Below are positions 1-11,869 of a stretch of 64,000 bases of DNA, in pieces. A model generated the notes under the pieces. The model worked only from the letters and a program-made list of their open reading frames with translations, did not search any database and was not told the DNA's origin. This DNA comes from Octopus sinensis. Its lineage: Eukaryota. The position numbers were made by a program, and so were the translations under genes. The stretch covers positions 6,510,001-6,574,000 of the forward strand of contig NC_043006.1 of NCBI RefSeq assembly GCF_006345805.1, in the 5' to 3' direction. Within the stretch, counting starts at the first letter, position 1, and every line of letters starts with the position of its first letter.

Positions 1-403
1 CGATTTTCTTAGAAAAGCTCACAACGACGACTTACATGTTGCTAAAAACGGGTTTTTCTTTTCTTTGATACATTGTAGTCGATTCCCTGTGAGTAATCAC
101 AAAACATTTCAAATACACCCTTTCATTTATCTCCCACTTCCAGTTGAAAGAATATCCTGACGTACTTTGCAATACTAATCGTTGTAGATAACATTCTTAA
201 TTGATAGAAAATGCCCCAGATTCTATTACATGGCTGTCTATACATAAAAGACACTTGTGAACACTTATCGTCTCGATTCGTTCCGATTGTATACAATAAT
301 AATTTAAATGAGAACGTACGCTAGATTAAAAAATTATTTAACACGAGTATGTAATTGTGTTCAGCTATGCCTATTTATCGTTTAGTGATGTTCAATTTAA
401 AAC

Positions 404-717
404 TATTGTTTTATTTAGGAATGGTCATTTTGCCAGTTTAGCCAGTAAAAATACACGCACTATATATTTGGTTTTACTTTGCTTCAGTGTTATTTATTTT
501 TTACATTAATCTTAATCTTCTTTCGGCCAGAGTTCTTTCGTCACACTCCTGTGACCTCATCAGTGGCCCTTTGCTTTCTTCTTTCTTATTTGTGTGTCTC
601 TCCTTACTAACGGTCAGCCATTTTGAAGCAAAGTAAGACCAAATATATAGTGCGTGTGTTTTTACTGGCTAAACTAGCAAAATGACCATTCCTAAATACA
701 ACAATATCTGTTTGAAC
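404..717 (-). mobile_element. Short Penelope-like (pLTR-derived) element with inverted 3' tail, carrying a hammerhead
   Basis: About 83-bp inverted arms (404-486 vs 624-706) around a body with a hammerhead fold on the minus strand; second family copy at 35341-35692. Confidence 0.7.
525..568 (-). ncRNA. Minimal type I hammerhead ribozyme, canonical core
   Basis: Minus strand reads GGCCA-CUGAUGA-G-GUCACA-GGAG-UGUGAC-GAAA-G-AA-CUC-UGGCC: 5-bp stem I, 6-bp stem II, 2-bp stem III, CUC cleavage triplet. Confidence 0.7.
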
Positions 718-1836
718 ACAAGATTTCACACCAAAAAACCTTGCAAAACAAATATATAAACGTAACAATTTAAAACTGTTTTACACCTACATATTTTAAT
801 ATCTTTTTAAAATGTATCATTCTCAAGTTATCATAATCCAGATCTAAAATATACCTTGTAGATTGGAATGTTTAACGTGAACTTATTTCCAAGTGGAAGA
901 CAATTCGCAATGAATACGCTCCTAATTCTCTTTAAAGTTGCTAAATGTTTTCACGATATGTAAATACCCACTAAAGTAGTCCAGAACTCTGCTACTCTAC
1001 GAATACATAGAGGATATATGTCTTGGTGAGCAACCAATCATTTCCCCTTGCAATTATTATAATTGAGAACACCCATACACATTTTCCTGATGAAAATATG
1101 TAACGAAATTTGAAAAAAATTGCAGAGCTGTTAACCAATTCAAGCAAGCGAAAGTATTGGGTTTTTTCTTTTTTCAGAATTCAATATAGCATAATCGACA
1201 CTTCAGGACATATTCCAGGAAGTTGGTAAAACCAAATTCTGAAATATATCCATTCAAACAAAGCATGAAATACAACACAACGCCATTTAGACATAAGATA
1301 TAACTCGCAGTTGAAAACCAGGGAGAAACTTCGAAAACAATAGACTGACATCATGCACGACAGAAATAATTAAATAACTGGGCGAGGAAATATCAAGGAA
1401 AAGCTAATGAAGAGGCAGCTATCATGACCATATTACATACCTTGTTACAATGACGACGTTAAATACTCTAATATCCTCGGCTTATCTCTCATTGAACGTT
1501 TCTCAACACGTACTTTAGAAAGCTGTCTCGACGTGAAACACTTCACACACCCAACATTTATATAGAAGTCTAAAGAAACACAACATTGAAAGACACGCAG
1601 ATTCACAGGCTGAAAATCACTGAACGTCTGAGATTATAAGCACTCACAACTGCTACAATTACTTCTACCAAAACATGGTAAACACCTTAACTGTTCTAAC
1701 GCGCAACAAAAGCTTACTGACGTGACATCCTATGCGCACGTTACAGTTTTATTCAGAAACTATAATACTTGATATTACCACCCTCCCTATATTGATGAAA
1801 ACCACTTAAATTACACAATATACTAGTTAGAAATCT

Positions 1837-2219
1837 GGAGGCGCAGTGGCCCAGTGGTTAGGGCAGCGGACTCGCGGTCATAGGATCGCGGTTTCGATTC
1901 CCAGACCGGGCGTTGTGAGTGTTTATTGAGCGAAAACACCTAAAGCTCCACGAGGCTCCGGCAGGGGATGGCGGTGATCCCTGCTGTACTCTTTCACCAC
2001 AACTTTCTCTCACTCTTACTTCCTGTTTCTGTTGTACCTGTATTTCAAAGGGCCGGCCTTGTCACTCCCTGTGTCACGCTGAATATCCCCGAGAATTACG
2101 TTAAGGGTACACGTGTCTGTGGAGTGCTCAGCCACTTACACGTTAATTTCACGAGCAGGCTGTTCCGTTGATTCGGATCAACCGGAACCCTCGTCGTCGT
2201 AACCGACGGAGTGCTTCCA
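1837..2219 (+). mobile_element. tRNA-derived SINE, family A (octopus OR-type)
   Basis: A-box TGGCCCAGTGG and B-box-like GGTTTCGATTCC; near-identical copies at 57164 and 62351. Confidence 0.9.
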
Positions 2220-2753
2220 TCCATCAATTAGAAATCTAAAGGACATGGATATATATATATAAACATTATACCGAACAACATCAATTTACGACAAACCCAC
2301 TGACAAAAACGAAGATACTTTATAGAAATAGAATGTTTCATAAAATTACATAAAGACGCGCAAACGTATACAAGTATCATACAAAGACGATAACATAGAC
2401 ACACACACACCTGATGCTTGTATTGTAAAATCACTGATTAATCGATTACCTTCAAATGTAGAGGCATTATTTGGTTTTTCTGTCGCTTTATTCTATTTTG
2501 AAACGCTCAATTACAATGTTAGGTTTGCTAACACGTGAGACTCAAAGTAATATTAAAATATGATTTAACTTAGATAAACGTGTATCAGAAACGTTTGAGG
2601 TACAAAATATATGGCATTTTCTAATTAAGCTAATCGTCGATTGCAATTTAAAACAATATTGCACCATCGAATAGCGTCACTTAACGATTTATGCAAAACA
2701 AAACATAAAAGAGAAAATTGCTTTGCGAAAAGATAATCAGTTTTTGATGTACG

Positions 2754-2831
<78 letters not shown>

Positions 2832-2924
2832 TCTGATTATATATTTGTGTACATATGCTTTATATGTACATACAAGCATATATACATACATACATACATA
2901 CATACACACACACACAGTCGCCAT

Positions 2925-3124
2925 GATAGATCGGTAGCCACTACACACATTATTTCTTCTCTCCTTGTTTCTCTCCTTGTTTTTTTCTGTGTCCCTTTCT
3001 GTAGAAGAGCGTAGCCTCGAAACGTAAAAGACTTTTTCTATTCCTGAGCGTTATACTAATACATCTGTTTGTTTTGTACACCACCTGTCTTCGTCTTTTG
3101 TTGTTTGTTTCGTAAACTCTCCCT

Positions 3125-3125
<1 letters not shown>
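2925..3125 (+). mobile_element. Short PLE-like repeat with variant hammerhead
   Basis: Hammerhead-like fold at 2995-3030 followed by a TTCCTGAGCGTTATACTAATAC tail that recurs at 29571-29665; set in CA/TA microsatellite. Confidence 0.55.
2995..3030 (+). ncRNA. Hammerhead-like motif, variant core CUGUAGA
   Basis: CUUU-CUGUAGA-A-GAG-CGUAGC-CUC-GAAAC-GUA-AAAG. Confidence 0.45.
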
Positions 3126-3190
<65 letters not shown>

Positions 3191-3221
3191 AATATATTTA
3201 TACAATATATATATATATATA

Positions 3222-3556
3222 AAGGGTAAAGACCCCCTTCGGTCATGAATGACCATGGGATTGCACCTAGAAAGTTACCCTCCTAGATACAAGTCCGGAA
3301 AGGTTGTTTATGGAAGACCAGCAGTCACCCATGCATACCAGCCTCCCCTCTCCACGCCACCAATGTTATCCAAGGAAAGACAAAGGTCGATACAGCTTGG
3401 CACCTGTGACGTCGCAACTCATTTCTACAGCTGAGTGAACTGGAGCAACGTGAAATAAAGTGCCTTGCTCAAGAACACAACACGCAGCCCGGTCCGGGAT
3501 TCGAGCTCACAACCTCACGATCGTAAGCTCGACGCTCTAACCACTGAGCCATGCGC
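3222..3556 (-). mobile_element. tRNA-derived SINE, family C
   Basis: Head GCGCATGGCTCAGTGGTTAGAGCG...GCTCGAATCCC, CORE-like TTGAGCAAGGCACTT, tail TTTACCCTTT. Confidence 0.85.
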
Positions 3557-3583
3557 TATATATATATATATAATATATATAAT

Positions 3584-3912
3584 GCTCAGTGGTTGAGCGT
3601 CGAGCTTACGATCGTGAGGTTGTGAGCTCGAATCCCGGACGGGCTGCGTGTTGTGTTCTTGAGCAAGGCACTTTATTTCACGTTGCTCCAGTTCACTCAG
3701 CTGTAGAAATGAGTTGCGACGTCACTGGTGCCAAGCTGTATCGACCTTTGTCTTTCCCTTGGATAACATTGGTGGCGTGGAGAGGGGAGGCTGGTATGCA
3801 TGGGTGACTGCTGGTCTTCCATAAACAACCTTTCCCGGACTTGTATCTAGGAGGGTAACTTTCTAGGTGCAATCCCATGGTCATTCATGACCGAAGGGGG
3901 TATTTACCCTTT
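3584..3912 (+). mobile_element. tRNA-derived SINE, family C (mirror copy)
   Basis: Reverse complement of 3222-3549 with few, mostly single-base indel, differences. Confidence 0.85.
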
Positions 3913-4034
3913 ATATATATATATATATATTGTATAAATATATTTGTGTGTGTGTATATATATATAATATATATATATATATATTATATATATATATAAC
4001 TATATATATATATATATATATATATTATATTATA

Positions 4035-4086
<52 letters not shown>

Positions 4087-4449
4087 TATATATATATAAC
4101 TATGTGTATTATTGTGTGTACATGTATACGAGAAAGTTTTGAGTGAAGGGTACTGTTACTATGTCATCTAGGATATGCATCAAAGCCGGGTTACCGGCAG
4201 CTTAAGCACTTAACGAATACAAAATCATGACGGCTTATTATAAGACAGCAGGCAGGAGATACACAAGTCTTGTTAAGAATGGAATTTTCACCCAACATAT
4301 TGTCAAAGATTATTCATTAGCAATAGTTGGGTGTAATCGTGTAGCTGCTGTGTGACTGAACTCGCTGCGCTATAAAACATTTTAATCACTCATGCTATCG
4401 CAGGCTGACTTGCTTGCTGTTATTTCACTAATCGGGATCTTTCTTGTGA

Positions 4450-4900
4450 AAGGATAATTTTGGTTGACACATAGTAATATCCCATTTGCGCAGGAGACTG
4501 GTGTTTATGAAGTACAGTTACTTAAAAATGCTGCAATTCATTATGGCATTAATAGCTAATCACTAGCCAACATCGAAACATTGAATAGATCAAGGTAAAC
4601 ACTTTTATCGAAATTGGTCCTGGAAAGTAAATTGATAATGGGGTATCTGATGAAATATGTAGATTTGCCTGATGAAATGTGCAGGGTCCCAATGATAACG
4701 TCAGAAATATTTTCTTCAATCATTCAGTCAAATGTCGTGTGGAATCTGCTGTTGGTTAGCATTCTTACTGAAGTAAGTTGCATCTGACCTGTTTCGTGAG
4801 AACGGACTGAAAATAATGTTCTGTTTCCTGAGACCCAGGATGGTCACTTCATTGCACGTGATGCCTCTCCATCCCAGTGGTAAATTTGTAAATTCATAAC
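4450..4900 (+). pseudogene. Possible highly decayed cadherin-repeat relic
   Basis: Across frames: VYEVQLLKNAAI, IDNG...NVQGPNDN..IFFN...VESAVG, SILTEV/ASDLFRENG, QDGHF/PSGKF; several stops and shifts. Confidence 0.2.
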
Positions 4901-5704
4901 GTAAAAGAACAATCTGCACTCTGCAATAGTATTATAAAATATATCCCATTACATTCCAATTACCCCTGAAAAAAATTCATTTTCTTTCTTGAAAGTTGTA
5001 CATTATGTTGATGTGTGTGAGAAAATTGCATGGAATATTATCAAAGTGGTTTCATAGTGGTAGATAGTAAAAGATATACAAAGTGAAAAGCACACATATT
5101 TCAAACGTCATTTCCATTTGTCTCAAGTAGCGTCAGAATGAATATTGCTAATGATGAAAGTATACTATTACAAAAAGTGTACTTCATTCCTTTGATCTAA
5201 CAAATGATCAAAAATGCTATTATGTAACATGGGAATATTGATGTTGCTTAGTTATTTAGAAATACAATAATAAAACATCAACATTCATATCAAATTATGC
5301 TTCTTTGTATATCTCCAAGATACGCATGTGAATGCAGACTTTTGGATAAAGACTCTTCATAGAATATAACATTTCAAAAAACATGCTAGTTCACAAATTT
5401 CGAATGCAAACATTATATATCAAACGGATACACGCATTGTTATATCGTTGCATAACTTTTTTAAGCCTTCAAGACAATTGCATTGTGTAATTGAAAATAC
5501 AAATGCCGAACTATCCTTTAAGGAAGATAACGATGGAAAAAGAAATCAGTGCAAATATATACCAAGTAAATCATATTTCATGTGACTGGGGTCTAACAAA
5601 ATTTGGCATAAGGGCATAAACCAAGCACCTTAATTTATTATTTGCTATTTTTCTTTCATCTTTCAACGTTTCATGTTCTGACTTCTGAGAAAACAGATAT
5701 TATC

Positions 5705-6735
5705 TGAAGATCAACAAAATACGTTTGCTAGACACGTTCTTCCGCAGATCGTGTTTCACAGAGCTGCAGTCCTGGATCAAGTGTAAACCGAGACAGGACA
5801 GTGCAACGTCCACTCTGGGCATCGACAAGAATCGACCGGCTGGTCGGTTCCGGAGGATTTTCGGACTGGAGTCTATGAATAACGTCCAGTAAACCTTGGC
5901 CTGGCAGTGCTACCGGTGTGGGGGAGCAGTGCCGGTTCGGATGAAATCTACAGGCATAGAAGTGCTGGCAGCTGGGCTTGGCCGAAATGAGCGCAGAGCG
6001 ACGAAACTATTCTGCGCGCTCTCGTTCAGTGCCCGATCATTGCTGACCTTTGGATTTACGTTGAACTCCTGTCAAGTGTAAGGCGGACCCCGTTATCGGT
6101 TCTGTACATTATGAAAATCACCACGCTGATTTCCTTTGACCGGGATTATGGGATTATGAAGATCGTCACGTCATCTTTCTTCGGCCGGGATAATGAAGAT
6201 CGCTATGCCCCCTTCCTTTGGCCGCGAGTATGAAGATCGTCATGCTGCCTTCCTTTGGGCGGGAAGAGCAGGCAGTGTTTATTTTCCTGGAGGCCTTAGT
6301 GACAAAGGTTGTGTTGTAGAACAGACTGAAAGGCCAGATGACAGATACGTTCTTCTTAGATTAAACCCTCGTCAACTTATTTAAGTTTCACTTGAAAAGG
6401 AGGGTGATGGAAGAGAGAGAAGCTCTGCCTCCCAGCAATTATGTTAAAAGGTGGTTGAATGTTGCGAAAAATGGTCTGAGTGAACGGTTCTACACTTACC
6501 ATACATCTAAAGGTTGAAGGATGTTCAGTTGGCACTTACACTAGATGTCAGGTTGCCTGTGATATTGTGTTGTCCCCACGAGCGAATCTAGGAAATCTCA
6601 GTGTTTTGGGGAATTATTCATTGCTATAATTTTATATTGGGAGTGTTTTGTTTTTAATATTTACACGCCTTTTATATTACCTTGACATTGTATTATGCTG
6701 TACCGAACACTTAGTGGTTAATAAAGAAAACATTA
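5705..6735 (+). mobile_element. L1/Tx1-group LINE 3' relic (ORF2 C-terminus and 3' UTR)
   Basis: Decayed CCHC region (QSDETILRALVQCPIIADLWIYVE), FKFHLKRRVMEEREALPPSNYVKRWLNVAK, ends near AATAAA at 6719. Confidence 0.7.
6108..6263 (+). repeat. Four diverged 37-nt tandem units
   Basis: Consensus ATTATGAAGATCGTCATGCTGCCTTCCTTTGGCCGGG at 6108, 6153, 6190 and 6227. Confidence 0.85.
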
Positions 6736-8230
6736 TTTTATTATTGTAGTTCGTCTATTGACAGACTCTTGATGTTGACTCAAGTAAGTTTGTTATTTAT
6801 ATTGATATATAGTGTTATATATATATAGTACATTTCGTATTGTTGCTCAGATGAACTAAACTGGACCTTAGAGAGCAGGTTAGGTGTTCTTCATATGTAG
6901 CCCTTAAGGGCTACGCATAACATACACGCCCGTCGTCAATTTTCGTTAACATAAGAAAGATGGCAGACCAGCACTCTTCGTCCACAGAAAAGAACAGCCA
7001 GTTATCTGCAGATCAGAACAACGAAACTGTAAAAGTCAGTGACAACATCAACCAGAGTAACAGCCACAACAACACAGCAATGTATGAAGTAACTTGCCGC
7101 TGCTAAACATTTCAGCACCCCTTCAAAACAAAAGACATTGTAATTGTTTACGCAGCTAAATAGTTGAATAATCTCATTTGCAAGAAAGATAATAGAATAA
7201 TCTTCCTTTTCTAACCTTTCTAAAAGCATCAATGTCATGAGACGTGATTCTTAATTATTCAAGAAGATAAGCGTTTCTCTCGGGAGTTTCTCGAATGCCT
7301 TGCGTTCCGTTGATTATAACAGATTGCTAATCCACCTTTTTGCTCCTTAGTCGATTAGACTTAGACCCATCCACATCGTTTCTATGTCCATCTATTTGTC
7401 TACACCACCAATTAACTGTTATTCTACATTTTCTATCACTGAACTTTCTTGCATAAATTACTTTATTCAACAAGTTTCTACAATTTGATTCCTTAATAAA
7501 GAATATTTTTATGTAGTAAATATATAGATCTTGAATTTATTCTTGCATCTTTCTATAAACTCTTGTAATATCATACATGCAGCCACACCAACAAATTGTA
7601 CTATCTATATATATTCCACTACAATATTTATTACAACGAAAAACAACAACACTAGCGAGAACATTAACACCTCCACCATGGCCAGGGGCAACAGAAAACC
7701 CACCACCATCATCAATATCATTAGCGTAAAAAAGAAAAAAATACAAGAACATGGGGAAGGAGTCATTGGAATATACTGGTAGCAGTTTCACCGACACTGC
7801 GCACCAAATAATTGAAGAAATTTTCACAACTGAAAATGAAGTCAAATGCCCAAAATGTATGGGCGAAATATGGCACTGAATGGTCCTTGATCTGTCCATC
7901 GAAAAACTAATTTACGGACAGTTCTATACAAAACTGGGAGAACAGGAAACAGAGCAGGCAACATACAAGCAGATATAAATAATGACTGCGACCATTCTGA
8001 GCAAAGGCCAGGGAAAGGAAATATGGAACTGTTGAAGTGAGATTCGCCAGAGATGAAGAGGTAAAAAAGCCTACAACAACCACCCAAACGAGTGAATAAA
8101 TCACCCTCAACCTAGTTTACTTAGGTCGAAGGTAATTCAAAGTAAGAATGTTAAATATACAACCAGGAATCAACATCTGCTGCTTGGTGACAGCAGTTCT
8201 CTTCGGTATATAAGTATATAAGAAAATGTA

Positions 8231-8796
8231 TTAAGTTGCCCGGAAAGTTCGTGCCGATTTATAGTAGCTGATATTTCGACCTAATTTAGAACATGGTTGA
8301 GTCCATAAAATAGGATTTCACTACACCGCCATTTAGAGCACAGATTAAGATATCTTTTCCTGAAAGAAGGTTTATGTTCCTATAACCTGTATTAATTCTG
8401 TAACCCTTTAAAATGGAAGATAAGAAAGTTCATTTTTGGCACTTGGTGATTTGAGAACCAAACATAAATTGCTGCAGCTGGGCTGGGATGTGTTACCTCA
8501 CCGTCCATATTCATCAGATATTGTTCCTTCGGATTTCCACTTATTCAGGTCTCTGCAGAATAGTCTTAATGGTAAAAAATACAGTTCCTTGGACGACGTA
8601 AAAAGATACCTTGATGAATTCTTTACCATGAAACCACCTCAATTCTGGGAAGAGGGTATTTTCAAGTTAAAGGAAAGATGGAGACGCATTGTGCAACAAA
8701 ATGGTTCATATTTGGTTGATTAAAAATGTAAAGGCAAGTATTTACTGACCTTTTTCTTTCTTTTAAAAATCGGCATGAACTTTCCGGACAACCCAA
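8231..8796 (+). mobile_element. Internally deleted mariner transposon
   Basis: 30-bp imperfect TIRs (TTAAGTTGCCCGGAAAGTTCGTGCCGATTT / AAATCGGCATGAACTTTCCGGACAACCCAA), TA target duplication, ORF 8436-8723 with HRPYSSDIVPSDFHLF (YSPDLAPSD motif). Confidence 0.93.
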
Positions 8797-9258
8797 TAGT
8801 ATTTTGCAGATATAGAAAGTACAGAAGCAGAACTGATTAGGACAGGGCATGCTGTTGTTAAAAAACGGGTGACCAAGAAGTGGTGAGGCGATATGGGGAT
8901 TTATAACCTTAGCAGTTGGCACAAAGCTTTATGTGGCTCTTGAGGGCAGAAGGCCGAGATGTCACATGTGCGGGGACGTTAATCATCTCAAAGACTTTTG
9001 CCCACTAGAAAGGAAACCAGCTCTAATGCCGAAACCGTCACCACCACCATCACTACCACCACCACCACCACCACCACCACCACCACCACCACCACAACAA
9101 CAACAACAGCAACAACTACAAAAAGAGCAGCATGAACATCATTAGAGGTAGATGGGTATTTCGCCAACTGCAGGACCGAAACTAACAACTTCGAAAATAG
9201 TAGCAACAATAGTTACTGCAGCATCCACAGCAGCAGCAGCACCACCACCATCAACACC

Positions 9259-9289
<31 letters not shown>

Positions 9290-9571
9290 CCAGAAACCGC
9301 CAAGATAATAATAAGAGCTACTTCAACAAAACTCCAAAATGTCCCCCAAAACACCACTCTGAGCCTTGGACGACTCAGATATATCTTGTTATGAATGGGA
9401 CGGTGACAAGCTCAAATGCCAAACGATCACCAAGGTAAAGAAAATAAAAAGGACCAAAAAACACACCAACAACACCAACATAAAAAGCAATCAAACTTCA
9501 TACCCAACCAAAGCTAAATTATTATGCTTAACCTCATCCCTGTCACTACCACAATAACCACCACTATTACA

Positions 9572-9860
9572 GACATCATCATCATCATTGTTCGACCGTG
9601 GTCGAGACAATGGAATTTACCATGCTACGCCAGACTTCACGGTCCATCATGGCATTACGGAGGTCCTGTTGCTGGATGCCTGTATCCCTGGAGATTACAT
9701 CAGGGTAGGAGAGTGTGCGCCCTCTGGTATTGCGAGTAGATGGCTTCCAGAGGAGAAGAGTAGAAATTACCTCTTTTTCAGCTCTACAACAATGTCCAGA
9801 AAACTGGACTCTCCTACCTTTCACAAGAGATGACACAGGTGGTAGTTTCCCATATATTTG
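9572..9860 (-). mobile_element. 5'-truncated RTE-clade LINE
   Basis: RRVQFSGHCCRAEKEVISTLLLWKP...DREVWR C-terminus, (GAT)n tail, 11-bp TSD-like CCACTAYTACA at 9561 and 9861. Confidence 0.85.
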
Positions 9861-11814
9861 CCACTACTACAAACAACCTAATTCACACGCTGGATAATTT
9901 GATCACAAATCACAGCACGAAGGAAATTTAAACATCAACTCGACCTCCATTAAAACGACCAGCAAAGCACTAATGGAGTACATACACAACCATACAGAGA
10001 GTAATATCACCACACCGGCAATATACCTACACATATAAAAAAACATACAACTCGCACAAAATACATATAACACATTAAAGAGACAAATATACTGATGGGT
10101 TAGAAAACTTTACAATATATGTTAACAAAATACTTTACAAAGAACTGCTTGTGAAAATGTTCAAATCTAACCAGAGGAATGGAACACCTTTCCCTCTTCC
10201 TTCACAAAATTATGGAATGTAGCTTTCTCCTCTCCTCCGCCTAATTCATTGTCAAATATAAGTGCATGCGGTCTTGGGTCATCTTGCAAACTAGGCCACC
10301 AAACTTAATGTCCTCTAGTCACGAAGTTTAGATATCGTGGCTGTCAGTGTAACCAGACTCTCCGACCGACGAGCTTTTCGGTGGATACGAGCTTTACTTA
10401 TCTCTATGTCAACCGGGAATGGTGGGGTGGAACTTCGGTGTTGATTCCGAGAGCTCTGGATGTCAAGATAAAGATATATCTTCCTAGACCCAGAACGTGA
10501 GCTGATGGTCCTAGATGTGTTCCTAGAGACGGGCGCCTTCAGCCTGGTGGTTGCTCATGCTCCGACTGAGGTAAGACAGCAGGATTTCTTCAGATGTCTG
10601 CAGATATTCCAGGGAACCTCTCAACATTTAGTGCTAATGAATAAAAGGAAGGCCATCTTGGACGCACATATAATTTGTTGGGGGCTAGCTCTCAGAAGAG
10701 AGGAATACAAAAGCCTCGCAAGCCTACTCAGACGTTTTCAACTGTTTGACAGGAAGCAACTTGAGTTCCCGAATTTGCTAATATGGGCACAGACAAACCG
10801 CATCGATTCATCTGTGTCGTATCTATTTAGAATATTCTGTAGCCCAGTAGATAAGGATAATATAAATTGTCCACTTTTTAAAAATCGTCGGTTACACAGA
10901 CGACAAATTTGTGATTTGCACAGTCTACTTAGACTTCGTCAGTAGAGACCCAGTTGGTGTAAGCTTAGCACGCCACTCCCAGCGTGCCAGTTGAACAGAG
11001 AATTAGTGAATGAGTTAATCTGGTATTGATGGGGGTCAGTCGTCGACAACAAATGGTGATTCACCCTTAAAAGAGCAACTAGAGTAAAATCGATTGGCTT
11101 CGTAAAGGTATTAGCGATAGAAAGGACTAGAATGAACGGAATCTCAGAAACTTAGTACAGGCGCTTAGGGAAGGCCAGGGGTGGGGGTAACATTCTGAAA
11201 TACGGATAACAATCGCAGAAATATGTTATGATAGGCTGCATGGGAAGATGCGAGGGGAAAATCGCCTGGTTTTAAATACCTAACCTATGAGCGTTATTTT
11301 TCATATGCCAGACATTTTTAGCGACTTAGCAGATATCTACCACAACTGGCAGCAGAACGGGAGAATTTTTAGTTCTGTGAGTCGCGGTGCGGTGGCACTA
11401 CTAGGAAATGACCCAAACAAGTACAGGGTTGGTGTCAAATAGAAAATTTTACGCATATAAACACAAATTTCAAACTTTTTGTTCAGGTGTTAACAAGACG
11501 GTTGGTTGGCGTTTGATGTCGAGTTGCTGATTGCGCAAACATGCGCTATACTAAACAAATCCATCTACGACATCCTCTATTTCATGTGATATATCATAGG
11601 CAGGGTGGGTAAATAAGGTGGCACGTGTAGGGCCCTGATCAATTTGCATCAATTTAAAGCCTTCAATAAGGTCGACCAACAATACTTACGACCGATCTCA
11701 CGGCGGCCAGTTGCGGTCCCGTTTACCTTAGCAATGTCTTAAGTGTATAACATTGTGCATAAAGTGTTTATTACTATATATTATTATTAAAATATATTAT
11801 TATTATTATTATTA

Positions 11815-11850
<36 letters not shown>

Positions 11851-11869
11851 TACTATTATTATTATTATT

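Larger units (their letters stand above)
3181..3956. repeat. About 370-bp-arm inverted duplication with a 34-bp TA-rich spacer
   Basis: Arms include the non-SINE flank ACACACACAAATATATTTATACAATATAT and its reverse complement. Confidence 0.9.
6745..11460 (+). mobile_element. L1/Tx1-group LINE 5' relic (5' UTR, ORF1 with zinc knuckle, APE endonuclease, start of RT), interrupted by younger insertions
   Basis: ORF1 pieces GTVEVRFARDEE and CHMCGDVNHLKDFCP; EN pieces LDIVAVS.TRL and LMVLDVFLETGAFSLVVAHAP; RT start NWQQNGRIF..VSRG. Confidence 0.75.

Noticed and set aside
1837-1910. tRNA gene-like A/B boxes at SINE heads
   Set aside because: No complete cloverleaf; each continues into a SINE body, often with TSDs
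1919-2171. Recurrent ORFs such as MAVIPAVLF, MLGGQTQTHK and MTMGLHLES
   Set aside because: They lie inside multi-copy SINEs and have no coding signature
6108-6263. CRISPR-like 37-nt periodicity
   Set aside because: The units are directly adjacent with no unique spacers, in a eukaryotic LINE context with no cas genes
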